From Minisyncoccota bacterium (GTDB lineage: Bacteria; Patescibacteriota; Minisyncoccia; Minisyncoccales; RBG-13-42-11): 48,971 bases of DNA. The stretch is from the NCBI GenBank assembly GCA_016782605.1, contig JADHYE010000004.1, forward strand, positions 1 through 48,971, read 5' to 3'. The first letter of the stretch is position 1; each line of letters opens with the position of its first letter. The notes under the pieces were generated by a model, which did not search any database, was not told the origin of the DNA, and saw only the letters and a list, made by a program, of their open reading frames with translations. Of this stretch, positions 1-9,190 are shown one piece after another. The position numbers and the translations under genes are program-made.

Positions 1-22
1 ATCAAAAACAAAAGAAAAAACC

Positions 23-54
23 AAAAAAAACGATTGCGATAAATCGGTTTTTTC
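23..54 (-). terminator. Putative intrinsic terminator downstream of the FemAB-like gene
   Basis: Short stem CGATT/AATCG (31-35 / 42-46) flanked by an A-run and a T-run; on the minus strand the stem is followed by T8. The stem is only 5 bp. Confidence 0.35.
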
Positions 55-89
55 CTCTTGTATCTGTGCGATTTCCTGTAATGCTTCAT

Positions 90-1106
90 CTAAAGGCTTC
101 TTTTAATTTTCCTCAATTTCTCAAAAGCGAAAGTCAGCCAGTATTTCCAAGATAAAGGAAAATCCTGCGTCTTTAAGTACTGATAAAGTTCTCCGGAAAA
201 GCCCATTTTAAAAAGGGTCGGGCCTGCCCAAGGATGATTGGGATTTTCTTTGGGATCAACAAACCCCCAGAAATCATATGTCTTACATCCCCTTTCTTTT
301 GCTTCTTTTATCGCCTCCCACTGCAAAAGATAGGCAACAGGTATTTTATGATATTTCGGAGATAAAGCTGCCTGATGGTAAAAAGCAATGCCAGACCAAA
401 AAACAACCAAAGCTGAAGCAACAATCTCGCCTTTGTACTTGCCGAAAAATAATAAAGTTTGATTATCCTTTGATAAAACATCAAACTCATTCTTAACAAA
501 ATCAAGGGAAAAAGGAACAAACTTTTGATGCCTGGCAACCTCTTTATTAAGCTTGTCAAAAAGCGCCACGTCTTTCATCTCATTGCTTTTTGAAATTTCA
601 ATTTCAGGATTCTTTTGAGCCTGGCGGATAAGGTAGCGGGTGGTTTTGCGCATATCAGACAAAAGCTCTTGCTCTGGCAAACTAATATCAAGCTTCAAGG
701 TAGCTTCATAAGCATTGGCATGCATTTGGGCTGTTTTAAAACCAAGCTTTGTAAAAATGTCTTTGTCCCCCCACAAAGGATTCATTCTTATAAAACAAGC
801 TCCCTCTTTTTCACCGAGCTTTTTCAATTCTTCCAAAAGCGCATTTAAAACTTCCAGCTTTTTACTTTCTGTTTTTACATTTGGACCATGCTGAATCAAT
901 AAAAAAGTTCCTCTTCTGGCAGAAACCTTTGAAACCAAAGCTGTTCCAACTAATTCATTCCAATCATAAATACCAAGTCTCCAAATCTTATTCCCCATAG
1001 CCTTATTGAAATCTCCCCAGTTCCAGGATTGTAAAAAGGTTTTATCAGTAAACGACAAAAGAAAATCTTCCCAAATCTTTTTATCCTGTATTTCCTTAAT
1101 CTCCAT
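90..1106 (-). CDS. FemAB-family peptidoglycan interpeptide-bridge (aminoacyl-tRNA-dependent) transferase
   Basis: 338-aa ORF; N-terminal FLQSWNWGDF and the overall length and pattern are typical of FemX/FemAB (lipid II amino-acid transferases). ATG start; overlaps the upstream gene by 11 nt. Confidence 0.75.
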   Translation of the reverse strand: MEIKEIQDKKIWEDFLLSFTDKTFLQSWNWGDFNKAMGNKIWRLGIYDWNELVGTALVSKVSARRGTFLLIQHGPNVKTESKKLEVLNALLEELKKLGEKEGACFIRMNPLWGDKDIFTKLGFKTAQMHANAYEATLKLDISLPEQELLSDMRKTTRYLIRQAQKNPEIEISKSNEMKDVALFDKLNKEVARHQKFVPFSLDFVKNEFDVLSKDNQTLLFFGKYKGEIVASALVVFWSGIAFYHQAALSPKYHKIPVAYLLQWEAIKEAKERGCKTYDFWGFVDPKENPNHPWAGPTLFKMGFSGELYQYLKTQDFPLSWKYWLTFAFEKLRKIKRSL

Positions 1107-2367
1107 AAGATTTAATGAAATCTGAAACTATTTTCGCTTCTTTCTCAGATATATTGATATGAGTCGGCAGATTTAAAACGACTTTAGCCAATTTTTCAGC
1201 TTGAGGACAAGAACCCAATATATATCCTACCTTTTCCAATCTGGTATCATAAGGAGCAATAGGAGTCGTATACCAATCCCCTATTAAAATATTTTTCTGC
1301 CAGGCTGATTTAATAATCTCGTGCGCTTTTAAGTGTTTTATCGTAAACCTTAAAAAAGTTTGCTTTGAATCAACTGAATCCAAGGGTAATTCAAAGCCAG
1401 TATTCTTTAATTCATTATAGTAAAAATCAGCAATTTCCCGACGATGATTATTAAACTTCTCTAACTTTTTAAACTGATTTAAAGCAAGCATAGCCAAGGC
1501 ATTGGGCATTCTTTTGGGAAAATGGCAGGGCCTTTTGCCCCTTTTTTCCTTCCAGTGGACAGCTTTTGATAAAACCCGAAGCCACTGAAACAAAACAAGT
1601 AAATATTTGCCGAATATCTTATAAGTCGGTAGAATCAGCCAGTTCATCAACACAGGATGCAATAATTGCTGGAAAGTCCAACAGCGAGAAGGATATCCGA
1701 CTTGCTTTTGGAACTGCCTCAGTCTTCTAGCCAGTTCATCATCATCAGTCACAGCCATTCCGCCGTAAACAGAAGAGATAATCTTATCTCGAGAAAAACT
1801 GAAAAAAGCAGCTTTGCCAAAAGTACCCACCTTCTTTCTTTTATAGTTTGCTCCCAAAGCATGAGCGCAATCTTCAATCAGAATTAAATTGTTTTTTTGG
1901 CAAACCTCCAAAACTTCCTCCATAGCTGCTGGTAAACCGAAAGTATGCTGAACCATTACTGCCCTGCTTTGAGAACCAATCTTTTTCTGCAAATCAGCTG
2001 TATCAATATTAAAAGGTTTCTCGTCGCAATCCACGTAAATAGGCCTTAATCCCGACCAGATTATAGGATTAGAAGCTGCATTGCAGGTAAAAGCCTGAAG
2101 CAAGACTTCATCATTTTTCTTCAATCCTAAAGATTCAAGAATAGCCATTAAAGCTGACCTTCCGCTATTAAAAGAAACAACATGTTTCACCCCAAGATAT
2201 TTTTTAAACTCATCTTCCAGTTCTTTGATTGCTGGACCATCTCGCCAGGGCTGCCAGCCCAAGGCGGGTCCGCCTATGGCGGAAAAAAGCAACTTAAAAG
2301 CTAATCGGACATCGTCTTTTTCGACGTTTGGCGATAAAGATATTGAAATTGGTTTTATCAAATTCAT
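1096..2367 (-). CDS. DegT/DnrJ/EryC1/StrS-family PLP-dependent sugar aminotransferase
   Basis: 423-aa ORF with family hallmarks: DCAHALGA and the FSFSRDK segment holding the PLP-binding Lys. 4-nt ATGA overlap with the upstream Mur-ligase gene. Confidence 0.8.
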   Translation of the reverse strand: MNLIKPISISLSPNVEKDDVRLAFKLLFSAIGGPALGWQPWRDGPAIKELEDEFKKYLGVKHVVSFNSGRSALMAILESLGLKKNDEVLLQAFTCNAASNPIIWSGLRPIYVDCDEKPFNIDTADLQKKIGSQSRAVMVQHTFGLPAAMEEVLEVCQKNNLILIEDCAHALGANYKRKKVGTFGKAAFFSFSRDKIISSVYGGMAVTDDDELARRLRQFQKQVGYPSRCWTFQQLLHPVLMNWLILPTYKIFGKYLLVLFQWLRVLSKAVHWKEKRGKRPCHFPKRMPNALAMLALNQFKKLEKFNNHRREIADFYYNELKNTGFELPLDSVDSKQTFLRFTIKHLKAHEIIKSAWQKNILIGDWYTTPIAPYDTRLEKVGYILGSCPQAEKLAKVVLNLPTHINISEKEAKIVSDFIKSYGD

Positions 2368-3860
2368 AATAAACTCTTAATTAATTGTTTTGGCACCCTG
2401 CTTTCCAAAAGCACCACGTCTCCTTCTTTGCAAAAACTTTCAATCTTTTTAAAAATATCTTTGGCATCTGGAATAAACACGGCCTTATCCCCTGCTCCTT
2501 CTTTAATTTCTTTAAGTCTATCTTTAGTTGTAATTATAGCTAAATCACAAACCTCGCCAATCTTCCGACCAATCCTCAAATGCACTTCTTTCGAAGCACG
2601 ACCCAATTCAATCAAACAAGGCATAACGATTACTTTTTTCACCGAGCGATAGCGAAGGTCAAAAAGAGATTCATCTCTTTGAGCGAAAAAACTCTTCAAA
2701 TATTCCAGATTCGCCATAACCCCATCAGGATTAGCAGAATACGTGGAATCAATAACAGTCAAACCGTTAATTCCCTTTTTAATTTGGACGCCTGGAACTT
2801 TATCAACTTTTTCAACAAACCTGGAAATTTCATCTTCCGGTACTCCCAATTCACGGGCCACAGCCACAGCTCCCAGAATATTCTCCTCTCCAGCAAACCT
2901 GGCTTCCTGGCCGTATAAGAATTTCTTAATGCTAGTTTTATCACAAAGCCCCAAACAATATTTGTTCTTTGCGTTAAAAAAAGCTACACCGTCTTCTGGC
3001 AAACTTTCAATCAGCTCGTATTTTCCTTTAACAATGTTTTCCTGGGAACCGAAGGTAGCCATATGCTGCTCGTTGATTCCGGTCAAAATACCTATTTTCG
3101 GCAAAGCGATATCGCACAATAACTTTATCCCTCCCCTGTTATAAGCTCCCATTTCACAGACAAAAACCTCGTGTTCGTCTTTCAAATCATTTAAAATACA
3201 TTGGGAAATGCCCACCTCTGAGTTTTGATGCTCTTTTGTTTTCAAAACTTTGTATTTAAAAGATAAAATATCAGCTAACAACTCCTTGGTCGAAGTTTTA
3301 CCGTAGCTGCCGGTAATGCCGATAACCAACAGATTCCCAAACCTTTTTCTTTTTTCTTTCGCTTTCTGAATAATCCGGTTTCTCAGCAAAACAGCAAATG
3401 GTTGGAAAAGAAGAACGATCAAAGAAGCAATAACCGGAAGAAAAACATCAAAAACTAAAAGCCAGAAAGCGAACAAGCGAATGTTATTAATATTTGAAAA
3501 AACAAAGAAAACAATCAATCCCTCAGTAAGCAATCCCATTAATATTAAAAAGGCGGTCTTTTTAGTCAGAACCGGCCTCCTCAATCTTCTCTTCAAGATA
3601 TCCAAGGTAACTTTAAAAGATTCAAAGATATATAAAAAAAGAATCAAAAAGAAAACTAAAACAGGATAAAAAGGAAAAAGAATCAATAAGAATATTTTAA
3701 AAACATTCAATTTGCTGAAAAGCAGATTCTTGCCTTTTTCAGTGCGGAAATGATCCAGAAACCTGCCAATATGATATTCTTTCAGTTGCCAAAGGTAAAA
3801 CCAGAACAAAACCGCTTTTGTCGTCCTAACCAGCCAAAGAGAGCTTAAAAGATAAAACAT
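2364..3860 (-). CDS. Mur-ligase-family protein (MurF-like central and C-terminal domains) with an N-terminal polytopic membrane domain
   Basis: 498 aa. Residues 1-165 are hydrophobic helices. They are followed by the Mur ligase P-loop GITGSYGKTSTKE and a MurF-like C-terminal domain. No recognisable soluble N-terminal UDP-MurNAc-binding domain. Confidence 0.7.
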   Translation of the reverse strand: MFYLLSSLWLVRTTKAVLFWFYLWQLKEYHIGRFLDHFRTEKGKNLLFSKLNVFKIFLLILFPFYPVLVFFLILFLYIFESFKVTLDILKRRLRRPVLTKKTAFLILMGLLTEGLIVFFVFSNINNIRLFAFWLLVFDVFLPVIASLIVLLFQPFAVLLRNRIIQKAKEKRKRFGNLLVIGITGSYGKTSTKELLADILSFKYKVLKTKEHQNSEVGISQCILNDLKDEHEVFVCEMGAYNRGGIKLLCDIALPKIGILTGINEQHMATFGSQENIVKGKYELIESLPEDGVAFFNAKNKYCLGLCDKTSIKKFLYGQEARFAGEENILGAVAVARELGVPEDEISRFVEKVDKVPGVQIKKGINGLTVIDSTYSANPDGVMANLEYLKSFFAQRDESLFDLRYRSVKKVIVMPCLIELGRASKEVHLRIGRKIGEVCDLAIITTKDRLKEIKEGAGDKAVFIPDAKDIFKKIESFCKEGDVVLLESRVPKQLIKSLL

Positions 3861-3863
3861 AAT

Positions 3864-4646
3864 TTATTTATTCAAAAACTTTAAAATAGTTTCGGATAAT
3901 TGTTCCGGCGCTTTTAAATGAGGACTGTGACCGACACCGGGGATTATCGCCAATTCCGAATCAGCGATTTTCTCCTTCAATAAATGGGCAATACTTTGCG
4001 GCGTCAGATTGTCTTTTTCGCCCCAAACTACCAATGTTTTATTCTTTATCTGAGGCAAGCAATCAAACAAATCCTCCTCGATAACCTTTTTAAAAGTTTC
4101 CTTCATTACCGGGCTTTTTATCGCATAATAGTCCCCGGTTCCAGAAAAAATATATATTGCCCGACGCAAGGAATTATGGAAAATGTTCAAAATCGGCAAT
4201 TTAGCTAAGAAATGGAAAAACTTTAATCCTTTGATTACAACTCTTTGTCTTAAACTCCAGCTTTTACTCCGCTGCAGCCCGGCTGAACCAACAAGAATAA
4301 GGCTTTTCAATTTATTGGGATGCAAAGCGGAAAATTTAATGGCTATCCTTCCTCCGAAAGAATGCCCCAAAAGGAAGAATTTATCAAGTTCCAGCTTCTC
4401 AGCGAACCGCAAAACAAAATCAGCGTATTCTTCCACGCCCCAGGCTACAGGCGGATTGGCCGTAGCACCGAATCCCGGAAAATCAGGAGTAATAACCTGA
4501 TATCCTTTCTCGCTTAAAATCTCCTGGATTTTTACCCAGGAATCAGACGAACCTCCCCAACCGTGCAAAACCAAAATCGCAGGGCCTGAACCTGCAATTT
4601 TGTAGTTTGTCTCAAGACCGTTGATTAAAATTCTTACTTCTTTCAC
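3864..4646 (-). CDS. Alpha/beta-fold hydrolase
   Basis: 260 aa; HGWGG oxyanion motif, GHSFGG nucleophile elbow, C-terminal GHSPH. GTG start at 4646. Confidence 0.8.
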   Translation of the reverse strand: MKEVRILINGLETNYKIAGSGPAILVLHGWGGSSDSWVKIQEILSEKGYQVITPDFPGFGATANPPVAWGVEEYADFVLRFAEKLELDKFFLLGHSFGGRIAIKFSALHPNKLKSLILVGSAGLQRSKSWSLRQRVVIKGLKFFHFLAKLPILNIFHNSLRRAIYIFSGTGDYYAIKSPVMKETFKKVIEEDLFDCLPQIKNKTLVVWGEKDNLTPQSIAHLLKEKIADSELAIIPGVGHSPHLKAPEQLSETILKFLNK

Positions 4647-4775
4647 CCCGTTAGAAGTCTGTCTTTATATAGTTTGGAACTAATTTCAGACAGATATTTA
4701 TTTTTGGTAATACCCCGTTATTGCAGAGCAGAAAAAATTAATCTAATTTTTTCTGCCCAAGACTTCTAACGGGGT
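4645..4775. repeat. TIR-bounded intergenic element A (MITE-like), 131 bp
   Basis: Perfect 15-bp terminal inverted repeat: ACCCCGTTAGAAGTC (4645-4659) and GACTTCTAACGGGGT (4761-4775). It fills the whole intergenic gap. The 12-nt TIR core ACCCCGTTAGAA recurs at 13813-13913. Confidence 0.7.
4728..4756. terminator. Bidirectional hairpin terminator inside element A
   Basis: Perfect 13-bp stem GCAGAAAAAATTA / TAATTTTTTCTGC with a 3-nt loop, directly downstream of the stop of the 4776-5183 gene. Confidence 0.6.
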
Positions 4776-5183
4776 TCATTTAATTTTATTTAAGATAGTT
4801 GAATGAAATTTCCCCGGTTTATAAGCTTTCAATTTATAAAGCTTTATTTTAGAATTTATCTTTTTTAACTCTGCAGATAAATTTCTGATAAATGTTTTTT
4901 GGTCGTAACCTAAACAAATTACATCGGGATTTATTTCTTTAATGATTCGATACGGGTTATTCCTGTAGCCTAATACTGCTTTATTAACTAACTTACAAAC
5001 ACTAACATCTCTTAATCTTTCTTTTTCACTCTTAAAAGGCGAGCGTTTTTTTATTTTTTTAACTGTATTATCCCTAGCAACCACTGCTATTAAATAATCG
5101 CCATACTTTTTTGTTTGCCTAAAAAAGCTTAAATGTCCTTTATGAAGATTGTCAAAAGTTCCAAAAACCAAAATCTTTCTCAT
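4776..5183 (-). CDS. Cytidylyltransferase-like nucleotidyltransferase (RibL/TagD-like)
   Basis: 135 aa; N-terminal GTFDNLHKGH is the (H/T)xGH nucleotidyltransferase signature. Confidence 0.65.
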   Translation of the reverse strand: MRKILVFGTFDNLHKGHLSFFRQTKKYGDYLIAVVARDNTVKKIKKRSPFKSEKERLRDVSVCKLVNKAVLGYRNNPYRIIKEINPDVICLGYDQKTFIRNLSAELKKINSKIKLYKLKAYKPGKFHSTILNKIK

Positions 5184-5189
5184 AAGTAG

Positions 5190-6467
5190 TTAATTTTCCT
5201 TTCTAATCATTTTTAACCCTTTTAGATAATGTTGAAGAGCTTCCGGTATCTGAACACTTCCGTCTTTTTGCTGATAATTTTCAATTATAGCGATAATAAT
5301 TCTTCCTATGGCAAAAGCGGTGCCATTTAAAGCATGAGCAAATTCTAACTTTTTTGTCTTTGAATCTCGATAACGGATATTCAAACGCCTTGTTTGGAAG
5401 TCTGTATCATTAAAAGTGCTGTGTGTTTCACGATAGCGATTTTCTTTTGGCAGCCATGCTTCAATGTCGTAACAAGCAGCTGCTGGAAAACCAAGATCTC
5501 CAGTACAAATATTAATAACCCTATAAGGAATTTTTAAAGCATTCATTAATTTTTCCTGGCAAGATAACAAGAATTCATGTTCTTCTCTCGTTTTTTCCGG
5601 ATGACAAATACTAAACATTTCTATTTTATCAAACTGATGAACCCTTAAAATTCCCCTTGTATCTTTACCATAAGCGCCAGCTTCCCGTCTAAAGCAAGTA
5701 GAAAAACCAAGGTATCTGCGAGGTAAATCTTTTTCCTCAAAAACCTCATCTGCATGCATGCCGGCAATCGGCTGCTCAGCGGTTCCTGCCAGATATACAT
5801 TGTCTTTTTCAATAAAATACCTCTCTGGCTTATCTCTTTCTGAAAGATGACCAGATTTCTCCAACATTTCAGGCCTCAACATAACCGGTGGGATAACTGG
5901 AATAAATCCTTCTTTAACTAAAGTATCAAAAGCTAAGTTTATCAAAGCAAACTCAAGCAAAGCTGCCTCGTTCTTTAAATAACCAAAACGAGTTCCTGAA
6001 ACTTTAGCTGCTCTTTTAACATCAATTAAATCTAATGATTCGGCAACTTCTAAATAATCTTTTGGATTAAAATTAAATCTGGTTTTTTCACCAACCTCTT
6101 TTACAACAACATTATCATTCTCATCCTTGCCACTAGGAACTTCATTAAAAGGAATATTTGGAAGTTCATACATCAGCTTATGGAACTTCTTTTCCAGATC
6201 TTTCAAGTTTTTATCCAACCTGTCGCTATTTCTGTCTAATTCCTTCATCTCCAGAATAATCTTGTTCTTTTCCCTTGAGCTGGCAGTTTTCTGGATTTCC
6301 TTGTTGGCTTTATTCTTTTTGGCTCTCATATCTTCTATACCCTGCAAAGCTTCCCGCCTCCTCCTATCAATATCCAAAAGCTCGTCAATGTCAACTTTGA
6401 CATTCTTTTCCTGGCAAGCTCGTTCCACTTTCTTTGAATTATCACGAATGAATTTAATATCTAACAT
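5190..6467 (-). CDS. serS: Seryl-tRNA synthetase
   Basis: 425 aa; N-terminal coiled-coil arm plus class II core motifs (FRREAGAYGKDTRGILRVHQF, GTAFAIGR). Confidence 0.95.
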   Translation of the reverse strand: MLDIKFIRDNSKKVERACQEKNVKVDIDELLDIDRRRREALQGIEDMRAKKNKANKEIQKTASSREKNKIILEMKELDRNSDRLDKNLKDLEKKFHKLMYELPNIPFNEVPSGKDENDNVVVKEVGEKTRFNFNPKDYLEVAESLDLIDVKRAAKVSGTRFGYLKNEAALLEFALINLAFDTLVKEGFIPVIPPVMLRPEMLEKSGHLSERDKPERYFIEKDNVYLAGTAEQPIAGMHADEVFEEKDLPRRYLGFSTCFRREAGAYGKDTRGILRVHQFDKIEMFSICHPEKTREEHEFLLSCQEKLMNALKIPYRVINICTGDLGFPAAACYDIEAWLPKENRYRETHSTFNDTDFQTRRLNIRYRDSKTKKLEFAHALNGTAFAIGRIIIAIIENYQQKDGSVQIPEALQHYLKGLKMIRKEN

Positions 6468-7675
6468 AAAAAATCAAGAGTGGTTAAGGCATAAATTTTT
6501 GTTACATCAATCATGCTTTTTAGTTCCACGTATTCATTTCTATCGTGTGCTCCTTTACCATCGCAACCGAAATTCACAGCCGGAATCCCTTTCTCGATAA
6601 ACATCCACATATCGCTCCAAGGACCAGAACCTTCAGTTAAAGGTTCTTTTTTTAGCATCTGTTTACTATTTTTTTTAAGAATTTGAATAAATAATTCTGA
6701 TGGTTTTACAAAAACTGCTGGCACATAGACGATTGGCGTTAACTTATAGTTCACCCCTAACTTATCTAAACTTTTTCTAATTTCTTTTTCCATGAACTCT
6801 TTGGTAATCCCGGGTAGAATTCTTGCGTCACCAAAAGCCAAACAAGAATCTGGAACCATATTTATTGCTTTTCCACCTTTAATTAATACTGGAAAGGTTA
6901 ATACATTTTTTCTTTTAGGAAAAACCGGATGTTCTTTTGTCGGAAAGCTAAAATCTTGTAAAGCATAAATTACTTTCGCCATTTCCAATATAGCATTTAA
7001 TCCTTGATTCTTCTGCTCCCATTCTCTTGAACCGGTATGGACCGCGTCCCCAAATACTTCTATTTTGAATCTATAACCACCCCTATTTCCAATGGTGATT
7101 TTTTTTGCTCCTGGTTCTCCAACTATTGCCGCATCGCCAGTATAACCCTTTTCTAAAAGATACCTTGTGCCGAAATGTGAAGCGGCCATTGGTTCTTCAT
7201 CAATAACGAATTGCAAACAAATTTTTCCTTTTAATTCTTTCTCAAATTTCGAAAGAGCTTTTGCCATAAAAATATAACAGCAAAGGCTAGCTTTCATATC
7301 CAAGGCACCGGCGCCATAAAGTTTCCCATTCTTTATAAAACCCAGAAATGGATTAAAGTCATATCCCTGGGCCGGCGGAACAGTATCCATGTGACCATTA
7401 AAAATTAAAGTTTTCTTTCCTTTGCCAAACTGACAAACCACATTGGGTCTAGAAGGAGAAACGCTTTCAAATTTTGGCTCTAAGCCCAACTCTTTCAATT
7501 TTTTAAAAATCAATTCTGCCAATTCTAATTCAATGGGATCATAGGGGCTAGACTTTGTCGGGTCATCCATATGAGGATTTACCGAATGAGTTTGGACTAA
7601 TCTCTGCAAAAATTCAATCTGCTGTTTTTTTGATTTTTCTATTTCTTCAATAACTTTTAATTTAATTTTTTCCAT
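6461..7675 (-). CDS. M20-family metallopeptidase (ArgE/DapE-like)
   Basis: 404 aa; GHMDTVP metal-binding motif, the DEE segment and a dimerisation-domain pattern typical of ArgE/DapE/ACY1. Confidence 0.8.
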   Translation of the reverse strand: MEKIKLKVIEEIEKSKKQQIEFLQRLVQTHSVNPHMDDPTKSSPYDPIELELAELIFKKLKELGLEPKFESVSPSRPNVVCQFGKGKKTLIFNGHMDTVPPAQGYDFNPFLGFIKNGKLYGAGALDMKASLCCYIFMAKALSKFEKELKGKICLQFVIDEEPMAASHFGTRYLLEKGYTGDAAIVGEPGAKKITIGNRGGYRFKIEVFGDAVHTGSREWEQKNQGLNAILEMAKVIYALQDFSFPTKEHPVFPKRKNVLTFPVLIKGGKAINMVPDSCLAFGDARILPGITKEFMEKEIRKSLDKLGVNYKLTPIVYVPAVFVKPSELFIQILKKNSKQMLKKEPLTEGSGPWSDMWMFIEKGIPAVNFGCDGKGAHDRNEYVELKSMIDVTKIYALTTLDFLC

Positions 7676-7685
7676 AATGAGCTTT

Positions 7686-9152
7686 TTATCTTTTTGGACG
7701 CATTGTTGGAAATAATATAACTTCTCTTAAAGAATGGGAATCAGTTAATAAAGCGACTAATCTATCAATCCCCATGCCGAATCCGGCAGCCGGCGGCATA
7801 CCGTATTCCAAAGCCTCAATGAAATCCTCATCCATTCTCTGAGCCTCTTGTAATCCTTCCTTAAAGAACTTTTCCTGCTCTTTAAAGCGCTTTCGCTGTT
7901 CTGAAGGATCATTCAACTCAGAATACGCATTAACCAGTTCCCAGCCGGCAACAATCAAATGGAAATTGGCTGATCTTTTCAAATTATCTTCCAAGGTTTT
8001 GGCCAAAGGCTTCAAAGACGAAGGATAGTGAATTATGAAAGTGGGGTTCCAGATTTTCGGCTGGCAGTATTTCTTGAAAATTTTGTCTGCCATTTCCGGC
8101 TTGCCCTCCCCTTTTTCAACTTTAATTTCCAGCTTCTTTGCTTTTTCTTTCAGCGCTTTTTCGTTTATCTCTTCCAGATCAATCTTTGTATATTTTTTAA
8201 ACAAGCTGTTGAATTCCATTCTCGGCCAGGGAGTTTTAAAATCAATCTTTTTCCCTTCGTATTCAACCTGCAGCTTACCGAATATGTTCTTGACAACGAT
8301 TTCAATCATTTCTTCTGTTAATTTCATTGCCATTTTGTAATCGGCATAAGCCCAGTAGAACTCAAAAATAGTATAGTCGGGATTATGAAACCTGTCCATG
8401 CCTTCATTTCTAAAAACCCTGCCTATTTCGTAAACTTTTTCAAATCCGCCGACCAAAAGCCTCTTTAAATAAAGTTCTGGCGCAATGCGCAAAAATAAAG
8501 GTAAGTCTAAAGCATTTAAATGTGTTTTAAAAGGTTTGGCAGCCGCTCCTCCGTAAATCGTCTGCAAAATAGGCGTTTCCACTGCCAAGAATCCTTGTTT
8601 TTCCATAAACTGCCTGATTTCCTGAATGATTTTTGAACGAATCTCGAATTTCTTCCTTACTTCAGTATTAAAAAGCAAATCCAAGTATCTTTTCCTGAAT
8701 CTTTCTTCAACGTCCTGCAACCCGTGCCATTTTTCCGGCAAAGGCAGCAATGATTTAGCCAACATCTTAAAATCGCTTATCTCTATTGTCCTCTCCCCCT
8801 TTTTTGTCTTAAACAAAATCCCTCTCAATTCAATGAAATCGCCGATATCAAAACCATCCGAAAAAAACTTGTATCTTTTCTCGCCTACTCCATCTTTCTT
8901 CAAAAAAGCCTGAATCTTTCCTGTTCCGTCTTCAATATCCAAAAATACAGAACCGCCGTGTCCCCTCAGAGATTTAATACGACCAACCAAAACAATCTCT
9001 TTCTGGGAACGGGAAAGAACATTAAAATCAGCCAAAGCCTGTAAAACACTATGGGTTCTTTTGCTCTTTTCAGGATACGGATTCAAAAGCGATTTTTTAA
9101 TCGCCTCTAACTTCTTCAACCGAATTTTCCTTAATTCTTCAATCGTCGCCAT
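7686..9152 (-). CDS. lysS: Lysyl-tRNA synthetase, class II
   Basis: 488 aa; OB-fold N-domain and class II motifs (FRNEG, GMGIDRL). Confidence 0.95.
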   Translation of the reverse strand: MATIEELRKIRLKKLEAIKKSLLNPYPEKSKRTHSVLQALADFNVLSRSQKEIVLVGRIKSLRGHGGSVFLDIEDGTGKIQAFLKKDGVGEKRYKFFSDGFDIGDFIELRGILFKTKKGERTIEISDFKMLAKSLLPLPEKWHGLQDVEERFRKRYLDLLFNTEVRKKFEIRSKIIQEIRQFMEKQGFLAVETPILQTIYGGAAAKPFKTHLNALDLPLFLRIAPELYLKRLLVGGFEKVYEIGRVFRNEGMDRFHNPDYTIFEFYWAYADYKMAMKLTEEMIEIVVKNIFGKLQVEYEGKKIDFKTPWPRMEFNSLFKKYTKIDLEEINEKALKEKAKKLEIKVEKGEGKPEMADKIFKKYCQPKIWNPTFIIHYPSSLKPLAKTLEDNLKRSANFHLIVAGWELVNAYSELNDPSEQRKRFKEQEKFFKEGLQEAQRMDEDFIEALEYGMPPAAGFGMGIDRLVALLTDSHSLREVILFPTMRPKR

Positions 9153-9190
9153 ATTTTAATCTTAGTTTATTTTTTCATTAAGGTCAAAAT

